64,000 nt of DNA. It comes from a virus. This document shows, in pieces, positions 37,445 to 46,578 of this stretch. The stretch lies in the IMG/VR virus record IMGVR_UViG_3300037541_000696, positions 14,500-78,499 of that record; one strand, written 5' to 3'. Under the pieces are notes generated by a model. The model was given only the letters and a program-made list of their open reading frames with translations, was not told the origin of the DNA and made no database searches. Numbering within the stretch: position 1 is the first letter of the stretch; the number at the start of each line of letters is the position of its first letter. The position numbers and the translations under genes are program-made.

Positions 37445-38340
37445 AATTGTGTACCAAAAGTAAACTTTACATTGCGCTTACGATTGACAATATCTAGCAT
37501 ACCTTCCGCCCAAATGTTCTCACCGCCCTTGCCTGCGCGGTAGGACGCCTTGTGCGCCTCGCCGACTAACGCCCTTGCGCCAATTTCTTTTAATCTTTTA
37601 TACAACCTTTCGTCTGACAGCCCAACGTCAATCTTTCGATTCAATACAGCCAAGCCAAGAAGCAATATATGATGCAAACTTACATCATCAAGAGATGCCA
37701 ATTCACATGCAACTTTAAAAATCTCCCTGAATTTACCTGGATTTTGATTATAGACTCGCTGGCACGCGGCAATGCAAGTTATAGTTCTTGTTGACCCTGT
37801 ATCAGGCCTGATCACAAAACCATTTTCTTGTGCAGCATCTGCAATTTGCCGTGCCGTACTGTCGCCAGCAATCAATAATGCTTTGAATTTAGTGTAAGCA
37901 GACACTGCTTTTCGATTTGTATTTATTTCTACAAATGCCGTTGCTTCGTGATGGATGCCTTGTGATTCAAATATCATGCAAGGAAGATGAGTAATATCCG
38001 ACCTTTTCCATGCCGCTAATGTTCTATTTTGACCGTCAACAACTACATATTTACCATTCTGTCGCTCCATAACACTAATCGCTCCGCATGATTCCCAGTT
38101 CCATTCCGCTGCAATGCTTAAAATTTTGCTTGAAACAACATCACGCTGATATGACCTATCAACAAACAAAGATCCCTTTGGGATCCACTTGAATGATCCA
38201 GTGTCGCCAAGCGGGCGCCATTTGTATGTTGTTACCTTGTCAAGTAAGGTATTTCCAAATGCAATTGTTTGTTCAAAACTTGAGTCAAACGAAACAATCT
38301 CAGAAGAAATGCTCATGGAGCTGTGGCCATGTGTTTCCAA
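37441..38340 (-). CDS. ParB/DGQHR-like (DUF6551-type) protein
   Basis: VDRSYQR..YVVVDGQNRT..EATAFVEIN. Confidence 0.7.
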   Translation of the reverse strand: METHGHSSMSISSEIVSFDSSFEQTIAFGNTLLDKVTTYKWRPLGDTGSFKWIPKGSLFVDRSYQRDVVSSKILSIAAEWNWESCGAISVMERQNGKYVVVDGQNRTLAAWKRSDITHLPCMIFESQGIHHEATAFVEINTNRKAVSAYTKFKALLIAGDSTARQIADAAQENGFVIRPDTGSTRTITCIAACQRVYNQNPGKFREIFKVACELASLDDVSLHHILLLGLAVLNRKIDVGLSDERLYKRLKEIGARALVGEAHKASYRAGKGGENIWAEGMLDIVNRKRNVKFTFGTQL

Positions 38341-38912
38341 GCCATCCTAGCCAAATTCAACGCGTCAACCCAAGTCTGTAACACTTCGTCACCATTGTGT
38401 AATTCAACACGGATCTTTTCAGATCCAACCCAAATCACGCTGCACACATCAATCATCACGCCACGATCTGCCAGGGTTGCTACAGCGCCCCCTAGCTCCG
38501 CCCATGGCGCTTCTGGATGGATCCTGGCACCATCAGGCCAAATCGCAAGCAAGCCCAGTCCTTTGCTACCTAAATTTGCTGCAATATCTATTGTAACAGC
38601 AGCTTCATGTTGTGGAATTATTAGATGTATCATTGCGCCTAAAATTTCCATCCTTTCCCATAGCTGATGACTTAACAATGTATCTATCATTGGTCTAACA
38701 GAATTAAATTTAGCGGATGGCTTCCAATTCTTATTTTTTGCGTAATTTATTGCCGCTGCACGTAATAGCTTATTTCTGCCAGAAAAAGACTGATCAATGC
38801 CGTAGCCATCATGAATGATGTTTATTACAGGTTTTAAGACTTTTTCTCCTGCAAGATACAAACCCTCTTCTGGCACGGGTTTTACATCATCGCCATTAAG
38901 CCAATTTACCAT
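38313..38912 (-). CDS. hypothetical protein
   Basis: Coupled ORF in the replication operon. Confidence 0.6.
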   Translation of the reverse strand: MVNWLNGDDVKPVPEEGLYLAGEKVLKPVINIIHDGYGIDQSFSGRNKLLRAAAINYAKNKNWKPSAKFNSVRPMIDTLLSHQLWERMEILGAMIHLIIPQHEAAVTIDIAANLGSKGLGLLAIWPDGARIHPEAPWAELGGAVATLADRGVMIDVCSVIWVGSEKIRVELHNGDEVLQTWVDALNLARMAWKHMATAP

Positions 38913-39598
38913 GGCACTTCATCTCCTTCTGTTGTATTAACCTGGGAAAATCCTGTCTTTTCCGTAATAGCTTGTTCTAGCATTTCTTGCGCTAGCTTTT
39001 TGTTGCGTGCAATCCAGTTATGCGCAACTTTACCAGTGTCAACATTAAGCAGCCAAAATCCGCCTAATGATTGTTCATAGAATTTTTTGCCCTGCAAAAG
39101 TTGCTCTAGTGTCATCGGCTCTATTACACTATCATTTACAAGCGATACTTGCACTTGAAGTGTTCTAAAATGCCTTTGCCATTGCTCTGTTGTCATCTTG
39201 CTCGGATGCCAATATGCACTAGGCGGAAGGCGAAATTCATCATGATTTGGGGCCATAAATTCCTCGCGTTGTGGTGATGGATCATGAAAAATATCTGGAT
39301 TGGATATTCGCTCTCTTAAGTCATCTCTAAAGCCACGACTCAGTACAGCGGCGCCATTTTGTAATGGATAAACATATCTAAATAGTTGCATGTGAAAAGC
39401 TATCTTATCCGGTGGATCAGGATCTAACATTCGTTGTTTGATTGCATATTGCAAAACAACCGGACTTAATTCCTTGATCACCTTATCCGGCAATTGCATA
39501 TACATTTGCGCTAATGTTACCGTAGATAACTGCCGCATCATTGGCAGCATTTCTAGGGCGCACGCGATTGAACCTGTGAAGTCTTCTTCGCTTATCAT
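38906..39598 (-). CDS. hypothetical protein, possible helicase loader/adaptor
   Basis: Position directly after the initiator (lambda P position); function inferred from synteny only. Confidence 0.4.
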   Translation of the reverse strand: MISEEDFTGSIACALEMLPMMRQLSTVTLAQMYMQLPDKVIKELSPVVLQYAIKQRMLDPDPPDKIAFHMQLFRYVYPLQNGAAVLSRGFRDDLRERISNPDIFHDPSPQREEFMAPNHDEFRLPPSAYWHPSKMTTEQWQRHFRTLQVQVSLVNDSVIEPMTLEQLLQGKKFYEQSLGGFWLLNVDTGKVAHNWIARNKKLAQEMLEQAITEKTGFSQVNTTEGDEVPW

Positions 39599-39637
39599 AT
39601 TGAAAATTGTTGCAAAATTTGACCATCAAAAAGCACC

Positions 39638-40828
39638 TTAAGAAGGCAACGCGCCACCTAGCGTAGCAAAAAACTCAGCCTCCTCGCGCTTTTGGCGTTC
39701 TTTAAGAAATTTTACCATTTGTGAAGCTTCGTGTGCTTTTTCTAAAACATCTTGACGGCCGTATCTTTGGCGTGCTTTAGGTTGTGATCCACCGCCCATC
39801 TTGATAAAATTGTTTAGAGTAATAGACATCCAACCTTTGCCGTTAATTTTTGCTTTTATTCCAAGGTCACATTGCTCTGATACTGCATCTAAACCACCAT
39901 TCACAAAGTCGTTAATTTTTGTTAGTTCTGTGACCAAAAGCTCCCATGCTTGAGGTGTCTTTTTGCCTGCTTTGTGTTGCCAGAATGCTATAATTTTTTC
40001 AGAAACCGGACCAAGCGCCGCAGGAACGTCATCGTTATTAGGGCAAAAAACGGTCGTCCTGGCTTGTGAGGCTCGCTTTTTGACGGGAGCATCAGAAGGG
40101 CCTTCTAGGGGCCTTGGCTGCCCCCATGGTGGTATGGGCTGCTGAGGCTGCTTTTGAACGCCTACAGGGGCTTCCAGGGGCCTCTCAGGAGCTTGTGGCT
40201 CCAGAAATGATGGGTTGCTGATCAGGAAGGTGTTCAAAACGAGGTTTTCCACAGGGTTTTCCACAGGTTGGGGAGAAGGGGCGGTTTTTGGCAGGTCGGG
40301 CGGTGTGTCGCTGACCGCAGGTCGGCGGGGTTGCGCCGAGCCGTGGGGGGGTGTCAAAGGGGGGTTCTGGCTTTCAAGTTTTGTTCTTGTTAAAGGCTTC
40401 TTGTTAGTGTCCCCCCCCATTTGGGGGAGGGGTGGGGTACCCCGTTTGGGGGATCCCCCATTTGGGGGAGGGGTACCCCATTTGGGGGAGGGGTCTACCC
40501 GTGGCCTAATGCGCTCCGCTCTGACGTGGTAAACCGTTGCGGCGCCAGGCCTCTCGTGCCTTTCGATCCATCCCTGATCCACCAAGAACCGCAAGGATCG
40601 GCGAATGTCGTCACCCTTCATGCCGCATTCCTGTTCAAGGGTGGCGATCGTTGGGAACGCCGTATCAGTGGCGCCGGCGTGATGCCAGAGCCATGCGTAG
40701 ACGAAGACCAGCCCCTTTTTGTCCCTTGCGACCGTCAGTAAGTCCAGAGGCACTTGCACAAATGCCGACCGTGCCAACCTGTCGCGAAGACTGCCGTGGT
40801 CGGCTGGCGACGGTTTTGATCGTTTCAT
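39638..40828 (-). CDS. replication initiator (lambda O/G38P-like, N-terminal wHTH)
   Basis: FVQVP..VYAWL..AFPTIATL..IRRSLRFLVDQGWIERHERPG..VYHV; internal iterons. Confidence 0.8.
   Translation of the reverse strand: MKRSKPSPADHGSLRDRLARSAFVQVPLDLLTVARDKKGLVFVYAWLWHHAGATDTAFPTIATLEQECGMKGDDIRRSLRFLVDQGWIERHERPGAATVYHVRAERIRPRVDPSPKWGTPPPNGGSPKRGTPPLPQMGGDTNKKPLTRTKLESQNPPLTPPHGSAQPRRPAVSDTPPDLPKTAPSPQPVENPVENLVLNTFLISNPSFLEPQAPERPLEAPVGVQKQPQQPIPPWGQPRPLEGPSDAPVKKRASQARTTVFCPNNDDVPAALGPVSEKIIAFWQHKAGKKTPQAWELLVTELTKINDFVNGGLDAVSEQCDLGIKAKINGKGWMSITLNNFIKMGGGSQPKARQRYGRQDVLEKAHEASQMVKFLKERQKREEAEFFATLGGALPS
40245..40265 (+). promoter_or_regulatory. two tandem DnaA boxes TTTTCCACA
   Basis: Exact copies at 40245-40253 and 40257-40265, inside the initiator gene. 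Confidence 0.6.
40415..40489. repeat. origin iterons, 4x CCCC(A/G)TTTGGGGGA
   Basis: Copies at 40415, 40440, 40456 and 40476, within the initiator gene linker. Confidence 0.8.
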
Positions 40829-40842
40829 GGTAGAATCACCTT

Positions 40843-40926
40843 AGTTCTGTTTTCATGCAAGCTCCTTTCAGTCGGCAAAACTGAATCGGGAGCATCCAAG
40901 CCCACGGCGCAAACCGTGGGCTTTTT
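40843..40926 (+). ncRNA. candidate antisense (countertranscript) RNA over the initiator 5' UTR
   Basis: TGgTAGAAT -10 at 40828-40836, hairpin at about 40861-40893, terminator GCCCACGG-cgcaaa-CCGTGGGC-T5. Confidence 0.45.
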
Positions 40927-40950
40927 ACTCTAGCAGCTTTTTGAGATGCA

Positions 40951-40967
40951 CGTAACAATTTGTGACA
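40951..40967 (+). promoter_or_regulatory. tandem-box promoter at the strand-divergence point
   Basis: CGTAACA-att-TGTGACA; 27 nt to TATGGT (40995-41000); the second box is also 28 nt from minus-strand TAGAGT (40927-40932). Confidence 0.65.
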
Positions 40968-41022
40968 AGTCGCGCAAGGCGTTGTCCGTGATGCTATGGT
41001 TTTGGTTGAGTTGATCTTTTTT

Positions 41023-41211
41023 ATGTTAAACCGACTTCAAATTCTTGCCGGAATTCTTGTGTTGTTAATTTTATTTTCACTTCCTTTAATTGGTGCTTTC
41101 AATAAAGCATCCGCATTTAATAAATTTACAACAGGACGAAAAGCTACTGTTTGGGATGCCTTGTTTGTTGAGTTGCGCGTAGAATCACAATGCAATAATC
41201 AAAAATCTTGA
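41023..41211 (+). CDS. small membrane protein
   Basis: TM N-terminus; start at MLNRLQ. Confidence 0.5.
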   Translation: MLNRLQILAGILVLLILFSLPLIGAFNKASAFNKFTTGRKATVWDALFVELRVESQCNNQKS

Positions 41212-41312
41212 AATGGAAAGTTTTGTAAACTTAATCCCCGCCACTTCTAACGATGCACTATGGTGGCTTTTGTTCCTTTCAGCTTTGCTAAACCTTTCGC
41301 TGAGTTCTGTTT

Positions 41313-41555
41313 ATGACGACTGAGGATGACTGGATCCCGATCTCAAAAGAATTTCCGCCACCTGATCAGTGGCTTTTTGTGGTGTATAAGTGTGCTGGTG
41401 GTGGGTTTCGTAGGTTTGGACGCACAGGTGGTCAACATGTTACTACGGCGCATACTTTTTACGAACACAATGGAAAGCCGTTGATTTCTCTTCTTCCTGA
41501 ACTTAGCTGTACCGTGACTCATTGGATGATTCAACCACCCTTACCGAAAAGATGA
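41313..41555 (+). CDS. DUF551-like protein
   Basis: WIPISKEFPP...VTHWMIQPPLP. Confidence 0.7.
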   Translation: MTTEDDWIPISKEFPPPDQWLFVVYKCAGGGFRRFGRTGGQHVTTAHTFYEHNGKPLISLLPELSCTVTHWMIQPPLPKR

Positions 41556-41649
41556 CGATGCTTGATTTGTATTTTGTTTTCATCAGGTTTAGTTGTTGTT
41601 GCTTTTCATTGCTGGGCTTAATCAATAAGTAATGAACTATAGTAATCAC

Positions 41650-41731
41650 GAGAGCATGGCGGAATTGGTAGACGCGCTGGGTTTAGGTTCCAGTGACTTC
41701 GATCGTGGGGGTTCAAGTCCCCCTGCTCTCA
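41650..41731 (+). tRNA. tRNA-Leu(UAG)
   Basis: Cloverleaf GAGAGCA/TGCTCTC, anticodon loop TT-TAG-GT, long variable arm, GGGGG-TTCAAGT-CCCCC; no encoded CCA. Confidence 0.92.
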
Positions 41732-41735
41732 TTTT

Positions 41736-41808
41736 GGTGGCCTAGCAATCTGGAGAATGCAGTGGCCTCATAAGCCGCCGAAGATGGGTTCGATCCCCAT
41801 GGCCATCA
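41736..41808 (+). tRNA. tRNA with CAU anticodon (elongator Met or Ile2)
   Basis: GGTGGCC/GGCCATC, loop CT-CAT-AA, ATGGG-TTCGATC-CCCAT. Confidence 0.85.
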
Positions 41809-41973
41809 TCACAAGCCCATGACAAGGGCAAAAAGCTTGCAGCGCAACGGGTTTCAAGATTTTGTGCAGCTGATCCCATGACGATTTTTGCCCCTTGGAT
41901 TTCGGTTTTTATGCCATACAGCTTGCAGATCGTTTCATTTTGTGCCAAAATCATAGAAATTTTATGACGTGGC

Positions 41974-42693
41974 ATGAAAAAAGAAACCAAAAGTAATGTT
42001 TGGGATATAAACTGTGGTCACTCCTCACGCAATAAAGAAAGCAAAGAAGCCTATCGGCGCTTTAGAATTTACCTAGAAATGGGTCCATCACGCAACATAA
42101 GTAAGCTGTCTTCGATATTAAAAATCCCAAGACAAAATCTTTATGTTCAAGCAAAAACATACAATTGGAATGATCGTGTTGATGCTTATGATGACTACAT
42201 AGAGAAAGTTAATAAAATAGATAATATGGATCAGAAGATGGATAAGTTATCGCCAGTGCCGGAAGTTAATGTTTTGACGCCTGATGAAGATATAATCAGG
42301 CCTGATATTGTTGATCTAGCGGCAAGGCCTAGTCGTCACACGCAAGAAATTAACATTTATCAACGTCAATTTCAAGGCATTGGTCAAAAATTAGCCAATG
42401 AAGCACTTGCTACGTTAGAGCTTGCTAGAGAATGTAGGGAATCAATTCAAGAAGATGCAGAGCGCTATAGAAAAGCTGTTGAGGAAAATCAGCATGACCG
42501 TGCATTAAGTATTACAAAGCGATTATCTGAGCGCATTAAGCAATATACTTTACTTGGTAGCATGGCCGTGAATTGCGGGAACAGTAGCCGAACACTGTGG
42601 GGTGATGCGATCGGCATAAACACATTATTGCAACATTTCTATACAATGCAACAAAATATGAAGCCAGTAGCAAAGGAGGGGAAGAGGAAGTAA
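41974..42693 (+). CDS. HTH protein, probable terminase small subunit
   Basis: ESKEAYRRFRIYLEMGPSRNISKL..YNWNDRVDAYD pattern followed by helical region. Confidence 0.55.
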   Translation: MKKETKSNVWDINCGHSSRNKESKEAYRRFRIYLEMGPSRNISKLSSILKIPRQNLYVQAKTYNWNDRVDAYDDYIEKVNKIDNMDQKMDKLSPVPEVNVLTPDEDIIRPDIVDLAARPSRHTQEINIYQRQFQGIGQKLANEALATLELARECRESIQEDAERYRKAVEENQHDRALSITKRLSERIKQYTLLGSMAVNCGNSSRTLWGDAIGINTLLQHFYTMQQNMKPVAKEGKRK

Positions 42694-43056
42694 GATGTGA
42701 AGGTTGTTTCTTTTGATGACCTTCGCTATTCTTTACTACATCTCATCATGATCAACTTTCATAGCGGCTGCCACGGCTGCACTCAGCAATACAAACACGG
42801 CATAGATTTTTGCTTTGATTGCTGCTACTTTCAGGCAGACTGGAGCAAGCCTGGCCTCAATAACGAGCCGTCCAGTCCGGCAGACTGGAGCAAGCCTGGC
42901 CTCAATAACGAGCCGTCCAGTCCGGCCGATCTTGCGCGCCAGCGTGTGATCGACCGTCGCAACATTATTGCAACATTTCTATACAATGCAACAAAATATG
43001 AAGCCAGTAGCAAAGGAGGGGAAGAGGAAGTAAGATGTGAAGGTTGTTTCTTTTGA
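42622..43056. repeat. 95-bp perfect direct repeat (42622-42716 / 42962-43056) enclosing a 45-bp tandem duplication (42834-42923)
   Basis: Direct sequence comparison. Confidence 0.92.
42697..43056 (+). CDS. Cys-rich hypothetical protein
   Basis: CHGC..CFDCC; ADWSKPGLNNEPSSP twice; spans the repeat cassette. Confidence 0.45.
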   Translation: MKVVSFDDLRYSLLHLIMINFHSGCHGCTQQYKHGIDFCFDCCYFQADWSKPGLNNEPSSPADWSKPGLNNEPSSPADLARQRVIDRRNIIATFLYNATKYEASSKGGEEEVRCEGCFF

Positions 43057-43256
43057 GGTTTGGTTTTGACTGGCTTAATTCTTAATCGGTTGCGAGACTC
43101 AATTATTTTTACACACATCAAAAAATCAGGTGTTTTTGTTGTTATTTTTAAGGGAGAAAAGTTTTATAGCGAAACTTTGTCAATTGATCAAGTAATGCAG
43201 TTCAGTCAAGAGATTGCTAATTTGGCTCAAAAAGCAAAGCAAGAAGAGGGGGCGGA

Positions 43257-43514
43257 GTGATGCCTGATTCAATTCTTGATCGCTTGGAAGGCATTTTTTC
43301 AGTGTGGCTTAACACTACACAAAATTTTTCAGTGCAAGCTGAGCATTATGGAAATTCAGTTGCAGTGGAAATCTTGACACCAGAAGAAATGCGCCAGCTT
43401 GGCCATGAGCTGATCGCAATGGCTGATGAAGCTCAGCCGGATCCATCCGAAGCCGAAATGCACGATTGGAGAACACATCCTGCGCTAACATCAGAACAGC
43501 GGAATGGCGTGTGA
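43257..43514 (+). CDS. hypothetical protein
   Basis: ORF track; similar LxxxxMxQxxxE motif in upstream ORF 43060-43260. Confidence 0.55.
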   Translation: MMPDSILDRLEGIFSVWLNTTQNFSVQAEHYGNSVAVEILTPEEMRQLGHELIAMADEAQPDPSEAEMHDWRTHPALTSEQRNGV

Positions 43515-43642
43515 TGGTAGAATGCTTTTACATCGCAATCACGATAGTGCTGCTGCCAATGATTATGGTTGCACTTGTCGCATTTGTTCGTGATAAATTT
43601 AACAAAAATGGTCATAGACCGAAAAGCATTCCTGGATGTTGA

Positions 43643-43659
43643 TGTTTCAATTTGTTAAA
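43643..43659 (+). promoter_or_regulatory. tandem-box promoter
   Basis: TGTTTCA-att-TGTTAAA, 28 nt from TATCGT (43688-43693). Confidence 0.6.
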
Positions 43660-43715
43660 GCGGCTAGTCATTCATTTGTGTTAGCCTTATCGTAAGAGAG
43701 TCCACTTGAAAGACC

Positions 43716-43955
43716 ATGGCCACACTCAAACCTCCTCCAGTCCGCACCCCTGTGCGCCCCGCTCCTCAACCCGCCCGGCCTTTTGATAGGCCAACTCGTC
43801 CTTTTACGGTTGAATCGGCGCATCGTTTGGCGACGCTGATCACTACCCTGATCGTGGTGTCACTGGGCTCCTGCACGGTGGCGCCGCTTATTGGCGCATT
43901 GGAAGGGGCCAGGATGCAAGCTCCCGCTCAAAACACAACTGCAATGGTGGCGTGA
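43716..43955 (+). CDS. Pro-rich membrane protein
   Basis: First gene after the tandem-box promoter. Confidence 0.6.
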   Translation: MATLKPPPVRTPVRPAPQPARPFDRPTRPFTVESAHRLATLITTLIVVSLGSCTVAPLIGALEGARMQAPAQNTTAMVA

Positions 43956-44326
43956 TGAATCTTGTTTCGCAAATTGTTGACTTTCTTGAGTCCGAAGGAT
44001 TTGGTAATGCTGCCAAGTTTCTTCGTAAGTATAGAACAAATAAAAAGCCGTATGAAGATATGGCGATCACAGAGATCCTAAGTGATCCTGATGTTTCTCC
44101 AGCCATTAAAATCATGATTCTGGCCAATGAAGTTGTGCCAGAAACTCCTGAACCAAACATGAACGCAGGCTATCCACAGGGGATAGAAAACAACCTGCAA
44201 GACATTGCGTGGACGCAATGGAAAACACAGCAAGATGTGCGTAAAGCTATGAACGACATAGCAAAAGCACTAAATGCGCATTATTTTGGCGCGGTTCCAA
44301 TTGAAAAGCTTAATCATGAATCATGA
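43952..44326 (+). CDS. hypothetical protein
   Basis: Coupled ORF. Confidence 0.6.
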   Translation: MMNLVSQIVDFLESEGFGNAAKFLRKYRTNKKPYEDMAITEILSDPDVSPAIKIMILANEVVPETPEPNMNAGYPQGIENNLQDIAWTQWKTQQDVRKAMNDIAKALNAHYFGAVPIEKLNHES

Positions 44327-44663
44327 TGAAGAACAAGTCCTGCTTTGTGCTGGACGCATCGCAGATCTTTCACTGCGTCTTGTTGGCGGGCGTGGATTGA
44401 ATGGTTACATTACTGCAGTAGGAATTGATGGCTTTTCGGATGTAGCTACAGAGTTGAAAGCAGAGTTGCTGAATTATGCTAGCTTTATACTAGCTCTTGA
44501 TTGCAGCGATTTAAACTGCCATGTATACAAAATGGCTCATTGTGCTACAATTTTTTGCGCACAAAAAATGCCATTGGAAAGTTTTTCGCAATTAGCAAAA
44601 AAATTAAGATTAGCCACAGAAGCGTATAATGTTTATATTCTTCAACAAAGCACAAACCAATGA
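44316..44663 (+). CDS. hypothetical protein
   Basis: Start MNHDEE, coupled to neighbours. Confidence 0.55.
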   Translation: MNHDEEQVLLCAGRIADLSLRLVGGRGLNGYITAVGIDGFSDVATELKAELLNYASFILALDCSDLNCHVYKMAHCATIFCAQKMPLESFSQLAKKLRLATEAYNVYILQQSTNQ

Positions 44664-45334
44664 AAGGATTTTTCATCGCCTTAGAAGGCATTGATGGCTG
44701 TGGTAAGACCACTCAGCTCACGGCATTAGCTGAGTGGTTGCCCATGAGTGGCCTGATGCTAGATGGCGCCAATCTAGTCACCACTCAAGAGCCAGGCGGC
44801 ACGGCATTTGGTGCAGGTGTGCGCAACATGTTGTTGGCTCCAGAAGCTGGCAAAGAGCCGTGCCCCAGAGCTGAGTTGCTGTTGTATATGGCCGATCGTG
44901 CGCAGCATGTTGAAACTGTAATCATGCCAGCGCTAAATAATGGTCACTGGGTATTGTGTGATCGCTTTAACGCTTCAACTGTTGCGTATCAAGGTTATGG
45001 CCGTGGATGGCCACGGTGCGATATTCAAATGCTAAACTATTATGCGTCCACAGGCCTTAGGCCAGATCTAATCCTTTGGATTGATATTCCAGTAGATGAA
45101 GCATTACGGCGAATAAGGAATAAACAGCTAGATCGAATTGAAGCTGAAGGAAAAGAATTTTTAAGACGTGTGCATCAAGGATACGAAGAGCATTATTATG
45201 CATATACAAACAATGTAACTTCTTCTCGAAGAAAGACTTTATTCATGAGAATTAACGGATTAGACGCTGCAGAATTAGTAACACAAAAGTGCAAGAATGT
45301 GATTAGTGATCGTGTTGCATGGCTGCAATCATGA
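44660..45334 (+). CDS. tmk: thymidylate kinase
   Basis: FIALEGIDGCGKTTQ P-loop, EPGGT, ADRAQHV, LCDRF..STVAYQGYGRG. Confidence 0.95.
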   Translation: MKGFFIALEGIDGCGKTTQLTALAEWLPMSGLMLDGANLVTTQEPGGTAFGAGVRNMLLAPEAGKEPCPRAELLLYMADRAQHVETVIMPALNNGHWVLCDRFNASTVAYQGYGRGWPRCDIQMLNYYASTGLRPDLILWIDIPVDEALRRIRNKQLDRIEAEGKEFLRRVHQGYEEHYYAYTNNVTSSRRKTLFMRINGLDAAELVTQKCKNVISDRVAWLQS

Positions 45335-45528
45335 AACCAGACAGCTATCACATCAGCGGCCCCATGGATGACCTATGCAAGTCTCATGGCCTATGGATTG
45401 GTGACGGAAATGGTTTGAGCCCATTGATATACTTCAAAAAGCCCGCTTGGATTAAAGATGAAGAAATGTGAAGACAAATCGTGGCGTCTGTTAGGATTAC
45501 GCTTCCTTCTGGAGTTGAAATTCAATGA
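45331..45528 (+). pseudogene. small gene interrupted by an in-frame TGA at 45469-45471
   Basis: MKPDSY...KDEEM*RQIVASVRITLPSGVEIQ*; the frame continues to an ATGA overlap with the next gene. Confidence 0.5.
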
Positions 45529-45797
45529 ATGACTCTGATCAGGACACTAAAGCCAAGGAGCCTACATGGTTTCTTTTATATGAAGACACTAGCTGTGATG
45601 GAAAAGGACCCGCGAAATATATTGGACGAACTACTGATAAAACTGTCGCATTTAATCATTGCAAAAAGCGACAAAATCATAGTAATCTTTATGTGCATTA
45701 CGGAACTCGCCATGTAATGGCAATTACGGATACGAAAGAGATCATAATGGATGTCACATGCCCTTCTGTTTGTGGATGCACATGGGAAGAATTGTGA
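45525..45797 (+). CDS. hypothetical protein
   Basis: ORF track. Confidence 0.55.
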   Translation: MNDSDQDTKAKEPTWFLLYEDTSCDGKGPAKYIGRTTDKTVAFNHCKKRQNHSNLYVHYGTRHVMAITDTKEIIMDVTCPSVCGCTWEEL

Positions 45798-45835
45798 TTT
45801 TTTAATTTATCAACACTACCGCAATACAAAACACC

Positions 45836-46576
45836 ATGACCAACCAACCTAATTTTTCTTGCTGGGAAGCCCTTCAAAACCTTCGTGATCTTGGCGCAGG
45901 CGCACCATTTGTTGATTGCTTGTTTGATTTGCACGACATGCTTATGGCGCAAGAAAATAATGCTGAAATGCGGCGTAAGCAAGTTACAGAAAAAGACAAA
46001 GATATTGAATCAGTGAAAAGTGATAGATTGCGATCCGAAAAAGTCAGCGATGCTATATGCGAGCTTGATGATTTGTTTAATATAAGTTTTCCTGAGTCAC
46101 TAGAAAGCGCAGTTGCTTGCGACTTCGCTGGTGATGGCTCAAATTGGCGGCAAGACAGAGCAGAGTTGTTTACAGGAAAAATTGAACGCGTGATGCGCCA
46201 CTTGCAAGAAGTTAAAAACAGATTACAAGGTATGCCGGTTGCAACTAAAGAGCACAACAATGATCTTGAACATACAATTACTATTGATGGCGTTGTTTAT
46301 TATAGCGCTAAGCATCATAAGCCTAAGGACGGCGAAGCGGTTACTGGGTACGCAAAAGGAAATGATTGGATCAGTTATTCATGTTTGGGTCCTGTGACGT
46401 CCGATCCTGTTTGGCGACCAGTTCCTTTTACTGTTTGGTATGAACACGATAAATCGTGTTGGTATACTTACGATTACCTTAGACAGAGTGATTGTAAAAT
46501 CAACGTAATTGCATGGACACATCTTCCTCACCCAAAAAGCGCTGAAGAATTTCAAGATTTTTGCAATAGCTTGTAA
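45836..46576 (+). CDS. multi-domain hypothetical protein, DUF551-like C-terminus
   Basis: VIAWTHLPHP at the C-terminus. Confidence 0.6.
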   Translation: MTNQPNFSCWEALQNLRDLGAGAPFVDCLFDLHDMLMAQENNAEMRRKQVTEKDKDIESVKSDRLRSEKVSDAICELDDLFNISFPESLESAVACDFAGDGSNWRQDRAELFTGKIERVMRHLQEVKNRLQGMPVATKEHNNDLEHTITIDGVVYYSAKHHKPKDGEAVTGYAKGNDWISYSCLGPVTSDPVWRPVPFTVWYEHDKSCWYTYDYLRQSDCKINVIAWTHLPHPKSAEEFQDFCNSL

Positions 46577-46578
46577 TC

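Noticed and set aside
40870-40920. GGCAAA...CGCAAA resembling a c-di-GMP-I riboswitch
   Set aside because: Lacks the GNRA-capped P2 and its receptor; better explained as hairpin plus terminator.
42834-42926. 45-bp tandem repeat as a possible CRISPR mini-array
   Set aside because: Units abut with no spacers and are in-frame within an ORF; no repeat-spacer array was seen anywhere in the window.
45469-45471. Stop-codon reassignment (TGA=Trp)
   Set aside because: Single instance; TGA terminates many conserved genes (capsid, tmk, nrdJ) and no suppressor tRNA was seen.
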